Program-made: the position numbers and the translations under genes
Notes under the pieces: generated by a model
What the model was told of the DNA's origin: nothing
Database searches by the model: none
What the model saw: only the letters and a program-made list of their open reading frames with translations
Shown: positions 18,149 to 26,850 of the stretch, piece by piece
Position numbering within the stretch: the stretch's first letter is position 1
Layout: every line of letters begins with the position of its first letter
DNA from: Pedobacter sp.
GTDB lineage: Bacteria > Bacteroidota > Bacteroidia > Sphingobacteriales > Sphingobacteriaceae
Length of the DNA: 46,946 nt
Assembly (NCBI GenBank): GCA_043758305.1
Contig: JAYVNR010000098.1
Location: 1 to 46,946 of the forward strand
Reading direction: 5' to 3'

Positions 18149-19792
18149 ATGAGGATGCGAACGCGAACGAAAAAAAACCTGGTTGTTGCTGCCTGTTACT
18201 CTGGTGTATTTATACTGGGGATGTTTTTTGGCCCCAAATTTTCTAAGGAAAACGCTTCTATTGCAAATGGATCTTTCCTGATGCCGGATGCACAGGCAGA
18301 GAAGGTCAATAAGGTTTTGCAAATAATCCACGATAAATATGTTGACCCTGTAAAAGTTGACAGCCTGCAAAACCTTGCTATTCAGGATATTTTAAAAAAA
18401 TTAGATCCACATTCTGCATACCTGCCCCCAGAAGATGCTCAATTAATGCATGATGGCCTCGAAGGCAATTACAACGGCATTGGTATAGAATATTACCTGT
18501 TGAACGACACAATGGTGGTGACAAATATTGTGGCAGCTGGCCCGGCAGAAAAAGCGGGTTTGCAACGGGGAGACAAAATCATCAAAATAGGAACCCGGAA
18601 AGTAGCGGGAACCGGCACAACAAACAGAGAAATTATAGAGCTGATCCGCGGTAATAAGGGAAGCAGTTTACAAATATTTGCCAGTCGGAATGGCAACTTA
18701 AAAACTATTGATGTTGTTCGGGATAAAATAACTATTAGCACTATAGATGTTGCCTATATGCTTACCCCACAGAGCGGCTATATTAAAATAAGCAAATTTG
18801 GCGGCCGCACTGATGAAGATTTTATAGCTGCCCTTTCAAACTTACAGCACAAAGGAATGAAAAACCTGGTGCTAGACCTTCGCAATAATGGAGGAGGATA
18901 TTTAAACGCTGCTACTTCTCTTGCAGATCAGTTTCTACCGGATAAAAAACTGATTGTTTACACAGAAGGAAGCCACGAGCCACGCACTGACTATCTGGCA
19001 ACAGCCGAAGGGCAATTTGAACAAGGTGGGCTCGTAATATTAATAGATGAAAATACTGCTTCGGCGAGCGAAATACTGGTTGGCGCCGTTCAGGATTTAG
19101 AACGTGGCACAATCATAGGGCGCCGCTCTTTTGGGAAAGGGCTTGTGCAGGAACAATTTGATTTTGGAGATGGCTCAGCGATGAACCTTACCATTGCCCG
19201 TTATTATACTCCATTAGGCAGGTCTATCCAACGATCATACAAAAATGGCTCGCAAGCTTACTTTAAGGAAGTTGTAGACCGTTTTAAGAATGGCGAAGTT
19301 AATTCTGCCGGGAAATACGCAGATAGCTTATACAATAAAGAAAAGGTTTTTAAGACTGTTTCGGGAAAGTTGATGTATGGCGGAGGTGGCATTATGCCTG
19401 ATATATATGTGCCGGTTGATACTTCGGGGTACACCAATTTCTATTACGAGCTAATAGAAAAAGGAATACTGAGCGATTTTACATTTGCCAGCCTGCTAAA
19501 AACCGTTGTTGCTCCCAGTTCTCTAAATTTACTGATGCACAATTTTAAACTTAGCGATGAGCAATTTTCTTCACTTATTGCTTTGGCAAAAACAAAGGGC
19601 ATTAAAACATCCGAAACCGGCATGGCACTGGTTCGCCCCGTTATTGATACAGAACTCAAGGCAATTATAGCACGCTACTACTTTGGCGATGAGGGGTATT
19701 ATAAAGTGATCAACGGAAATGACAAAACACTTTCACGCTCTTTGCAGGTATTTGAGCAAGAGAAAGGTGCCGGCCTTATTTCAGCTAAGTAA
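18149..19792 (+). CDS. ctp: S41 family carboxyl-terminal processing peptidase
   Basis: N-terminal TM/signal segment, PDZ region (GPAEKAGLQRGDKIIKI), LDLRNNGGGYL, the catalytic segment DENTASASEI and FGKGLVQ. Confidence 0.9.
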   Translation: MRMRTRTKKNLVVAACYSGVFILGMFFGPKFSKENASIANGSFLMPDAQAEKVNKVLQIIHDKYVDPVKVDSLQNLAIQDILKKLDPHSAYLPPEDAQLMHDGLEGNYNGIGIEYYLLNDTMVVTNIVAAGPAEKAGLQRGDKIIKIGTRKVAGTGTTNREIIELIRGNKGSSLQIFASRNGNLKTIDVVRDKITISTIDVAYMLTPQSGYIKISKFGGRTDEDFIAALSNLQHKGMKNLVLDLRNNGGGYLNAATSLADQFLPDKKLIVYTEGSHEPRTDYLATAEGQFEQGGLVILIDENTASASEILVGAVQDLERGTIIGRRSFGKGLVQEQFDFGDGSAMNLTIARYYTPLGRSIQRSYKNGSQAYFKEVVDRFKNGEVNSAGKYADSLYNKEKVFKTVSGKLMYGGGGIMPDIYVPVDTSGYTNFYYELIEKGILSDFTFASLLKTVVAPSSLNLLMHNFKLSDEQFSSLIALAKTKGIKTSETGMALVRPVIDTELKAIIARYYFGDEGYYKVINGNDKTLSRSLQVFEQEKGAGLISAK

Positions 19793-19799
19793 TCTCCTG

Positions 19800-20000
19800 T
19801 TATTTAACCGAATCTTTAGATAAAGAGTCTGTTTTCAACGAATCTGTGCTTAATGTATCAGCTGAGGCTGCTTGCAACATTGAATCGGCGGCAGAAGCTG
19901 CAGCTATAGAATCCGCTTTTTCTTTGTCTCTTTCGCTTGTAGCGTTACTGCAAGCAACATACATTGCGCAAACCGTTAGCATGAGGATTATCTTTTTCAT
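19800..20000 (-). CDS. Small lipoprotein with Ala/Ser/Asp-rich low-complexity tail
   Basis: MKKIILMLTVCAMYVAC-S lipobox-type signal; 66 aa with repeated DS(L/M) motifs. Confidence 0.55.
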   Translation of the reverse strand: MKKIILMLTVCAMYVACSNATSERDKEKADSIAAASAADSMLQAASADTLSTDSLKTDSLSKDSVK

Positions 20001-20036
20001 AATATTAATTATAGTTGAACAATTGTTTTCAATTGG

Positions 20037-21338
20037 CTATTTCTGCCGGAAATAAATCTGGATAGGCACTCCCTGAAAATCAAAATTATCACGAAGCTTA
20101 TTTTCAATAAAACGCCGATAAGATTCTTTAACATATTGCGGCAAATTACAAAAGAATGCAAACATAGGCGAAGAGCCACTTATTTGGGTTATAAATTTGA
20201 TTTTAACAAATTTCCCTTTTAGCGATGGTGGAGGATTATTTTCGATAATAGGCAGCATTATTTCATTCAACTTTGACGTTGGTATTTTTTTAAGCTTGTT
20301 TTCATATACATGGGCGGCAGCCTCAAGTGCTTTAAAAATGCGCTGTTTTTCTACAACAGATGTAAAAACTATAGGCACATCTGTAAACGGTTGGAGTTTT
20401 TCACGTATCAGCTCTTCAAAAACCTTGGTTGTTTTATGATTTTTTTCAATCAGGTCCCATTTATTTACAAGTATTACCACTCCCTTTTTATTCTTCTCTG
20501 CTAGATGGAAAATATTGATATCCTGAGATTCTATCCCCTCCATTGCATCAATCATCAGGATTATAACATCCGCTTCTTCCAGAGCTTTAATTGTGCGCAT
20601 TACCGAGTAGAACTCGATATTCTCTTTCACCTTGGTTTTTTTGCGCATCCCAGCAGTATCAATCAGCATGAAATCATGCCCAAACTGATTGTAATGGATA
20701 TGAATCGAATCCCTGGTTGTTCCTGCTATTGGAGTTACAATATTGCGTTCTTTTCCAATAAGTGCATTTATCAGACTAGATTTGCCCACATTGGGCCTAC
20801 CAACAATTGCATATTTAGCCAGCGTGTTTTCCTCCATAGGGATATCTTCGAAATGAGATACCACTTCATCAAGCAACTCCCCTGTGCCAGAGCCAGTCAT
20901 AGAAGAAATCAGATAAATTTCGCCTAAACCAAAACTATAAAATATTGCAGCATCATTTCTCTGATTGTTATTATCAACCTTGTTGGCTACAACTAACACG
21001 GGTTTTTTACCTTTCCGGAGGATATGTGCAATATCATCGTCCAGATCTGTTATCCCGGTAGTAACATCTACCATAAACAAAATTACAGTAGCTTCTTCAA
21101 TTGCAATTAAAACCTGCTCGCGAATAGCAGCCTCAAAAACATCCTCAGAATGAGCTACATACCCCCCCGTATCTATAACTGTGAAAGGCTTGTTTATCCA
21201 TTCTGCAACTCCGTAATGCCTGTCGCGGGTTACGCCGCTCATATCGTCAACAATTGCTTTCCGCGATTCTGTTAAACGATTATATAATGTTGATTTCCCT
21301 ACGTTAGGGCGGCCAACTATTGCTACTATGTTGCTCAT
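20037..21338 (-). CDS. der: Ribosome-associated GTPase Der (EngA)
   Basis: Two tandem GTPase domains (GRPNVGKST twice, DTGG / DTAG, NKVD / NKWD) plus a KH-like C-terminus. Confidence 0.95.
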   Translation of the reverse strand: MSNIVAIVGRPNVGKSTLYNRLTESRKAIVDDMSGVTRDRHYGVAEWINKPFTVIDTGGYVAHSEDVFEAAIREQVLIAIEEATVILFMVDVTTGITDLDDDIAHILRKGKKPVLVVANKVDNNNQRNDAAIFYSFGLGEIYLISSMTGSGTGELLDEVVSHFEDIPMEENTLAKYAIVGRPNVGKSSLINALIGKERNIVTPIAGTTRDSIHIHYNQFGHDFMLIDTAGMRKKTKVKENIEFYSVMRTIKALEEADVIILMIDAMEGIESQDINIFHLAEKNKKGVVILVNKWDLIEKNHKTTKVFEELIREKLQPFTDVPIVFTSVVEKQRIFKALEAAAHVYENKLKKIPTSKLNEIMLPIIENNPPPSLKGKFVKIKFITQISGSSPMFAFFCNLPQYVKESYRRFIENKLRDNFDFQGVPIQIYFRQK

Positions 21339-21463
21339 TTTTTTTAGTATCTGGTAGTTAGTATTTAGTATCAGGATACACTTTATGATACATAGATTCT
21401 ACTACTTATTTTTGCTATATTGTAGTACCAAGGTCTTTCGACTTGATACTAATCACTTGTTAC

Positions 21464-22345
21464 TCAGCCTTCGTACCCAAAGCTTTTTAAATAGTTTTTT
21501 TTATTCCTCCAGTCGGCTATCACTTTTACAAAAATCTCTAGGAACACTTTTTTATCCAGGAACTCTTCAATGTCTTTGCGTGCATAAGTTCCCACTTTTT
21601 TCATCATTGCCCCTGCAGTTCCTATCAGTATATTCTTTTGCGAATCGCGTTCCACAATAATCTGGGCGCTAATGCGGGTTATCTTCGGGTCATCCTCTTT
21701 AAATGCAGTAATAATTACCTCTGTGCTGTAGGGGATTTCCTTTTCGTAAAGTTTGAATATTTTCTCACGAATTATTTCTGATACAAAAAAACGCTCTGTT
21801 CTGTCTGTAAGGGCATCCTTTTCATAATAAGCCTCATGCTCAGGCAATTCATCCAATATAAATTGCATTACTGCAGGCACATTATGATCATGCAAGGCTG
21901 AAACGGCGAAAATTGCTTTAGGATTAAGCTGTTGCTGCCAGTGCTCAATTTTGGCTTTTACATACTCTTCTGTGGATTTATCAATTTTATTTATGATCAC
22001 CGCCACAGGCGATGTAGTTTTTTGTAATTTTTCAAGCACATCCCCTTCATCATACCGTTCATTTATATCGGTGACAAAAAGGATCACGTCCGCATCTACT
22101 AATGAGCCATTCACAAAGCTCATCATAGATTCCTGAAGGCCGTAATTTGGCTTAATAACCCCAGGCGTATCAGAAAAAACAATCTGGTATTCTGGCTCAT
22201 TCACTATGCCCATAATCCGGTGCCTTGTTGTTTGTGCTTTAGGAGTAATAATTGAGATTTTTTCGCCTACCAAAGCATTCATCAAAGTAGATTTTCCTAC
22301 GTTGGGCTTGCCTATCAGGCTAACAAAACCGGCTTTATGAGGCAT
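21464..22345 (-). CDS. era: GTPase Era
   Basis: [14 protein letters not shown] and NKID G-motifs, with a KH domain in the C-terminus. Confidence 0.95.
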   Translation of the reverse strand: MPHKAGFVSLIGKPNVGKSTLMNALVGEKISIITPKAQTTRHRIMGIVNEPEYQIVFSDTPGVIKPNYGLQESMMSFVNGSLVDADVILFVTDINERYDEGDVLEKLQKTTSPVAVIINKIDKSTEEYVKAKIEHWQQQLNPKAIFAVSALHDHNVPAVMQFILDELPEHEAYYEKDALTDRTERFFVSEIIREKIFKLYEKEIPYSTEVIITAFKEDDPKITRISAQIIVERDSQKNILIGTAGAMMKKVGTYARKDIEEFLDKKVFLEIFVKVIADWRNKKNYLKSFGYEG

Positions 22346-22366
22346 GTAAAAATTTTTGAGATTTTA

Positions 22367-22406
22367 TTTGGACTGCAAAGAAACGAAATATATCTTTGCA
22401 GTCCAA
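22367..22406. promoter_or_regulatory. Palindromic divergent promoter region between era and the tRNA genes
   Basis: 14-bp perfect inverted repeat ttggactgcaaaga (22368-22381) / tctttgcagtccaa (22393-22406). Plus strand: TTTG (22367-70), N20, TATCTTTG (22391-98). Minus strand: TTGG, N19, TTTCTTTG. Both fit the Bacteroidota -33/-7 layout. Confidence 0.5.
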
Positions 22407-22469
22407 TTTAAGGGGGATGTAAATGATTCAAAAGCCTTAAAAATTGGGTTTTAAAAACCAAAAATAGAG

Positions 22470-22542
<73 letters not shown>

Positions 22543-22549
22543 CTAATAA

Positions 22550-22577
22550 AGAAGTGTTTTAGGACGCTTCTTTTTTT
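22550..22577 (+). terminator. Hairpin plus T-run between the two tRNA genes
   Basis: agaagtg-ttttagga-cgcttct (one G-T pair) followed by tttttt. The position is odd if the two tRNAs are co-transcribed. Confidence 0.35.
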
Positions 22578-22649
22578 GGCCCGTTCGTCTAGGGGTTAGG
22601 ACCTCAGATTTTCATTCTGGTAACAGGGGTTCGATTCCCCTACGGGCTA
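22578..22649 (+). tRNA. tRNA-Glu (TTC)
   Basis: GGCCCGTTCGTCTAGGGGTTAGGACCTCAGATTTTCATTCTGGTAACAGGGGTTCGATTCCCCTACGGGCTA gives a cloverleaf with anticodon loop tTTTCAt. Confidence 0.9.
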
Positions 22650-22659
22650 CTTCAAATTC

Positions 22660-22692
22660 AAAATCCTCTGATTCAAAACATCAGAGGATTTT
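22660..22692. terminator. Bidirectional intrinsic terminator
   Basis: 13-bp perfect stem aaaatcctctgat-tcaaaac-atcagaggatttt followed by T residues. It lies between tRNA-Glu (+) and the convergent membrane-protein gene (-). Confidence 0.65.
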
Positions 22693-22717
22693 TTCATATA
22701 ACCTTATTGCTAATTTT

Positions 22718-23962
22718 CTATGCAAACCCGAATACTAAGGGGAAAATAAAGGTTACAATGATTGTCCATGCGCAATAAATGGGCAGATATAGGGCTATGG
22801 CTTTGCCAACTTCGGATATTTCTGCCTTCTTTGTTATTGCCTTATATAGTTGAACAATCACCAATAAAAGGTTGAATAATATTAAAATATTGCTTCCCAG
22901 AACCGCAGCTCTGTTTGGGGTAACTCCCATTTCTGATATCCTGAATATAATGGCAGATAAAGCAATGCCATTAACAATTATTGTAACTCCCGCCAGCAAT
23001 AGCAGAATCCATATTTCTGCCCGGCTTTTATCTGTTTTGGATATTTCGGCAACCGAAAAGAAAATGATAGCCATTACGCCAATTAATAAAGCATTGAAAT
23101 TTATCAGGAACTCACGGTCGTTATAAGGATTCTTTCTCGAATAAGCCATAGCAACAAGATAAATTACAAGCATTAACAAAACCAGCGGACTAAATATTCT
23201 GGCAATAACCGGCGAAACTTTCCCCACAAGCTGCGGATTTGTTTGTGTAAGATAAGTGCCTACAACTGGCGCAGCCGCAAGCCCGAAAATGCCAACATTC
23301 TGGAAATAAAATTCATCAATGTTAAAGCCAATCAGCTTGAAAAGCCCGATAGTGATAGCTGTCATAATACCACCAGCTATCAAAATAAGCGCAGTAATAA
23401 CTACCAGATCGCCGTTATATTTTAAATAGCTTAAACGCTTATTGTAATTGTTTTTAACATCGCTAACAAAGGCAAATGCTAAAACCGACCATAGAAATAA
23501 AAGCATATGGATGCATGATAACATCAAGGTATCGCTCTTCTTTACATCCGGTAGAAAATTGATAAAGATGAGGCCCAATAGCATTGCTCCAACTATAAAT
23601 GCAATCTTCCTTTTGGATAATTTGTTTTTCCATGCAAAATATGCCGATAACGCTGGAAAAATGATAAATCCGATATTTCTGGAATAGAAAAACTCCGGTT
23701 TTATGGATAGGAATATTGGCAGTTTTGCGACTATGCCAGCAAACAGCGAAGCAAGTATCACGAAGATTAGCTCAGCTCCTGTGCCCCAGTTTATTACCTC
23801 ATTTTCATTTTTGAGCCTTTCATGCCAAAAATCGGCAAGTATACTGTCTTTAAGTTCGGGATAGAGCGATATAAATTCTAGCTTAAATTTTAACTTATTT
23901 GTTCGGTATATTTTTTCTAGCTCCTTTGGATCATTCGAATGGATAAGGATTTCGTCTTTCAT
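22718..23962 (-). CDS. Polytopic membrane protein of unknown function (possibly DUF4153-like)
   Basis: 414 aa. Soluble roughly 60-aa N-terminus followed by about 10 TM segments. Sits downstream of the wHTH regulator. Confidence 0.65.
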   Translation of the reverse strand: MKDEILIHSNDPKELEKIYRTNKLKFKLEFISLYPELKDSILADFWHERLKNENEVINWGTGAELIFVILASLFAGIVAKLPIFLSIKPEFFYSRNIGFIIFPALSAYFAWKNKLSKRKIAFIVGAMLLGLIFINFLPDVKKSDTLMLSCIHMLLFLWSVLAFAFVSDVKNNYNKRLSYLKYNGDLVVITALILIAGGIMTAITIGLFKLIGFNIDEFYFQNVGIFGLAAAPVVGTYLTQTNPQLVGKVSPVIARIFSPLVLLMLVIYLVAMAYSRKNPYNDREFLINFNALLIGVMAIIFFSVAEISKTDKSRAEIWILLLLAGVTIIVNGIALSAIIFRISEMGVTPNRAAVLGSNILILFNLLLVIVQLYKAITKKAEISEVGKAIALYLPIYCAWTIIVTFIFPLVFGFA

Positions 23963-23987
23963 GATTTTAATATAAGTTTATAAATAA

Positions 23988-24012
23988 TTAAAGTACTTTG
24001 AAAAGCAAAGTA
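23988..24012. promoter_or_regulatory. Palindromic site 1: TAAAGTACTTTG-N5-CAAAGT
   Basis: ttaaagtactttgaaaagcaaagta lies between the regulator stop and the 22718-23962 gene start. The same 18 fixed positions recur at 24949-24973. Confidence 0.45.
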
Positions 24013-24031
24013 TATGTTTAAAAAAAAGGTT

Positions 24032-24334
24032 TCATTCTGAAACTCCTTTAATCAGTTTTTCCAATATAGTTAGATGGTTGCTAAACGCTATACGGCCAAT
24101 TTGTGTTGCTGTATAACTTGTGTTAGGCTTTTTGCCAATAAATTGCTTTTGCACCTGGATGTATTCAAGTTTTTCAAGAGCCGATAAATGGCTAGCCAAA
24201 TTTCCATCCGTAACACCCAAATATTCTTTTAGTGAATTGAAGTCAAGCATATCATTAACTGCCAGTGCCGACATTATTCCAAGCCTAATCCTGCTCTCAA
24301 AAGATTTATGCAATCCATTTATTGAAATTTTCAC
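24032..24334 (-). CDS. Winged-helix transcriptional regulator (HTH_34/ArsR-like small wHTH)
   Basis: 100 aa. R..IMS.L.....L.F..LK..LG.TDGNL..HL..LE...YI...K.F.GKKP.T.Y..T..G is typical of the small wHTH family. Confidence 0.75.
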   Translation of the reverse strand: MKISINGLHKSFESRIRLGIMSALAVNDMLDFNSLKEYLGVTDGNLASHLSALEKLEYIQVQKQFIGKKPNTSYTATQIGRIAFSNHLTILEKLIKGVSE

Positions 24335-24948
24335 TTCTTGTATTTATAGTGCATATAAATGCCATAAACAATATGTGCAAATCCAAAACCAATAGCCCAC
24401 ATTAGCAAGCCACACTCTACATAGCATGCGCCAAATAAGCCCAATAGTATTTCAACTATGCCTAAAACTCTTACTTCTGCATATGTAAACTTACCAGCAT
24501 TATATAAGGCAAGCCCGTAAAATAATAAAGAAAAAGGAGCAACCAAGCCTATAAGAGCTTTGGAAATCAATATGATAATAAGTATTGCGCCAACCATAAA
24601 AGGAACTCCCATATACGCCAATAGCCGTTTAGAGGTGGGGTTCCAAAGTTTTAGCCCACTTCGGGCAGCATCTCTGTACGACAGTAAAATAGCGGTACAA
24701 ATTGCCAGAGCAAATGTTATCACGGCAAGGAGGATAATATTTGTTGAAAACCCACTGTCTCCTATAGTATTATAAAGTATCCTATCGGGATTGAAACCTA
24801 AAATATTAAAGGCTATATATGCTCCTGCTAAAGCATAAAAGCCAGCTAGGATGCCAGCCCAGCCAGAGAGCGATACAAATTTTGTAGAGCGCTCCATCAT
24901 AGAACGTATCTCGGCGATGTCGCGAATGTAATCTGGTTCGTCCTTCAT
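24331..24948 (-). CDS. Membrane protein of unknown function (5-6 TM), first gene of the regulator operon
   Basis: 205 aa; ATGA overlap with the regulator gene. Confidence 0.6.
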   Translation of the reverse strand: MKDEPDYIRDIAEIRSMMERSTKFVSLSGWAGILAGFYALAGAYIAFNILGFNPDRILYNTIGDSGFSTNIILLAVITFALAICTAILLSYRDAARSGLKLWNPTSKRLLAYMGVPFMVGAILIIILISKALIGLVAPFSLLFYGLALYNAGKFTYAEVRVLGIVEILLGLFGACYVECGLLMWAIGFGFAHIVYGIYMHYKYKK

Positions 24949-24973
24949 TTAAAGTACTTTGTTTTTCAAAGTT
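24949..24973. promoter_or_regulatory. Palindromic site 2: TAAAGTACTTTG-N5-CAAAGT
   Basis: tttaaagtactttgtttttcaaagt abuts the start codon of the 24331-24948 gene. Confidence 0.45.
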
Positions 24974-25069
24974 AATCAATTTTCTTAAAATATTTTTTAC
25001 TTTTTTTAAAAAAAGTGATTTGTATTGTTTGCCTCATTAACAGTTAATTTACTTTTGTAATTTTAAACA

Positions 25070-26392
25070 ATGAAATCTACCTTCTCATTAATCCTGCTTG
25101 GGCTTATCCATGTTAATGCTTTTGCCACAAACTATTATGTAAGTTCTAAAAAAGGAATGGCTGAAAATAATGGGCTAAGCGTTTTAAAACCTAAGAATAC
25201 TATTCAGGAGGCTGCAAATTTGACTAAGCCTGGCGATACAGTTTTTGTTATGAATGGCACTTATACAAACGATTGCTCGTCTTGCAATGTGGTAGATATC
25301 CACCGAAGCGGTGCGCCCCAAAAATATATAGTGTATATAAATTATGCCGACCACAAACCCATTCTCAAGTTTGATGGATGGGGCGGTTTTTCCATCCGAC
25401 AAGGAGCCAGTTATATTAAAATTATTGGCTTTGAAGTGATTGGCGATAATGCCAAAGTTTCTTTAGCAAAGGCATTGAAGCAGCCTCAAAGCTGCGCCAA
25501 TAAGAAGGGAGAATATAATCCCCGTTATAATGGAAATGGGATTGCTATTGATGGGAAAAACGGCAAGCACCCACACCATATAGTAATTTCCCGAAACACT
25601 GTTCATGATTGTGGTGGTGGAGGGCTAAGCGCCAACCAGGCGGATTACATTGTTTTTGAAGATAACATAGTTTATAATACCAGCTGGTATACCGTATTGG
25701 GTTCAAGCGGTATTTCTTTTTATCAATTCTGGAATTTTGATGATGCGCCCGGATATCATAATGTAATAAGAAGGAATAAATGCTATAATAATAAATCCTT
25801 AGTGCCATGGTACTATATATGCAAAATAAGCGATGGCAATGGCATTATAATAGATGATTTCCGGAACAAACAAAATGGATCTAAATTAGGGCCATACAAA
25901 GGCAGAACACTTATAGAAAACAATATTTGCTGGTACAATGGTGGCACCGGCATACATTCTTTCCAAAGCGATCATGTAGATATATTTAATAACACGGCCT
26001 ATTGCAATTCACAAAGCAAAGAATTAGATGCAGGGCAAATACTTGCGGGCGCAAGCAGTGACATCCGCATTGTGAACAACATATTAGTATCTGACCAGCA
26101 AAACGTTATTAATTCAAATTATAAAAACAACCAGTTTATATATATGAATAATCTCCATTACAATGTTTCACATCCTGGCAATATGAAAGTATTTGTATCA
26201 AACTCAACATGTGTAAATGGCATGAGCCCTGATTTTATATCGCCAATGAATAGCTTAAACGCAGATTTTAGGCTGAAAAAAAACAGCCCGGCTATCAACC
26301 GGGGGAATCAAACATTATTTTCAAATGAAGATTTTTTCAAGACTGACCGCCTTGGAAATAACATCCCAGACATTGGAGCATTTGAATTTTAG
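25070..26392 (+). CDS. Secreted right-handed parallel beta-helix protein (pectate-lyase fold; candidate polysaccharide lyase/hydrolase)
   Basis: Signal peptide. N-terminal NYYVS..G...N.G.....P..TIQEA......GDTV.V..GTY cap motif of beta-helix proteins, then repeated N.I/N.V..N turns. Confidence 0.75.
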   Translation: MKSTFSLILLGLIHVNAFATNYYVSSKKGMAENNGLSVLKPKNTIQEAANLTKPGDTVFVMNGTYTNDCSSCNVVDIHRSGAPQKYIVYINYADHKPILKFDGWGGFSIRQGASYIKIIGFEVIGDNAKVSLAKALKQPQSCANKKGEYNPRYNGNGIAIDGKNGKHPHHIVISRNTVHDCGGGGLSANQADYIVFEDNIVYNTSWYTVLGSSGISFYQFWNFDDAPGYHNVIRRNKCYNNKSLVPWYYICKISDGNGIIIDDFRNKQNGSKLGPYKGRTLIENNICWYNGGTGIHSFQSDHVDIFNNTAYCNSQSKELDAGQILAGASSDIRIVNNILVSDQQNVINSNYKNNQFIYMNNLHYNVSHPGNMKVFVSNSTCVNGMSPDFISPMNSLNADFRLKKNSPAINRGNQTLFSNEDFFKTDRLGNNIPDIGAFEF

Positions 26393-26506
26393 AAATAAAA
26401 AATATCATTCTAATTTATTTATCTTCAAATCAATTTATTAATTTCATATTTTATTAATTTCATATTTTAGAAACAAGCCGTGGAAGAGGTTCCTGTAAAA
26501 CGAAAA

Positions 26507-26728
26507 ATGAGAAATACGTTTTTTCGAAAGAACGTGTCTATTATAAAAGACACTGCCAAACGGCTTAATCGGAATATTATTTTAAGCGCCTTTCAAAAAA
26601 AATTCCGACCTGCACCGGCAATAGAATCGGATAACGACCTAAAATCCAATACATTAAATATAATTCTGCTTATTTTTGGAAACTTGTTAGTGATTTTGAT
26701 TTTTATATTTCTTTATTTCATACTGTAG
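26507..26728 (+). CDS. Possible small tail-anchored membrane protein
   Basis: 73-aa ORF from an internal ATG (the track start at 26480 is GTG). Basic N-terminus with a single C-terminal TM segment (NIILLIFGNLLVILIFIFLYFIL). No family recognised. Confidence 0.25.
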   Translation: MRNTFFRKNVSIIKDTAKRLNRNIILSAFQKKFRPAPAIESDNDLKSNTLNIILLIFGNLLVILIFIFLYFIL

Positions 26729-26850
26729 CTACTTCTCTACTTAGCTTGATTATACTCTTCTTAAATAATCCATAATTTTTCTTTTGGCATAGTAGTTGGA
26801 TAAATCCACTCGAAATTATCTACCAATAGTTTTCGACAATAACTACTACT

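Noticed and set aside
26393-26850. Invertible (phase-variable) promoter upstream of the EPS locus, as in Bacteroides
   Set aside because: No pair of inverted repeats brackets the region, and there is no nearby site-specific recombinase.
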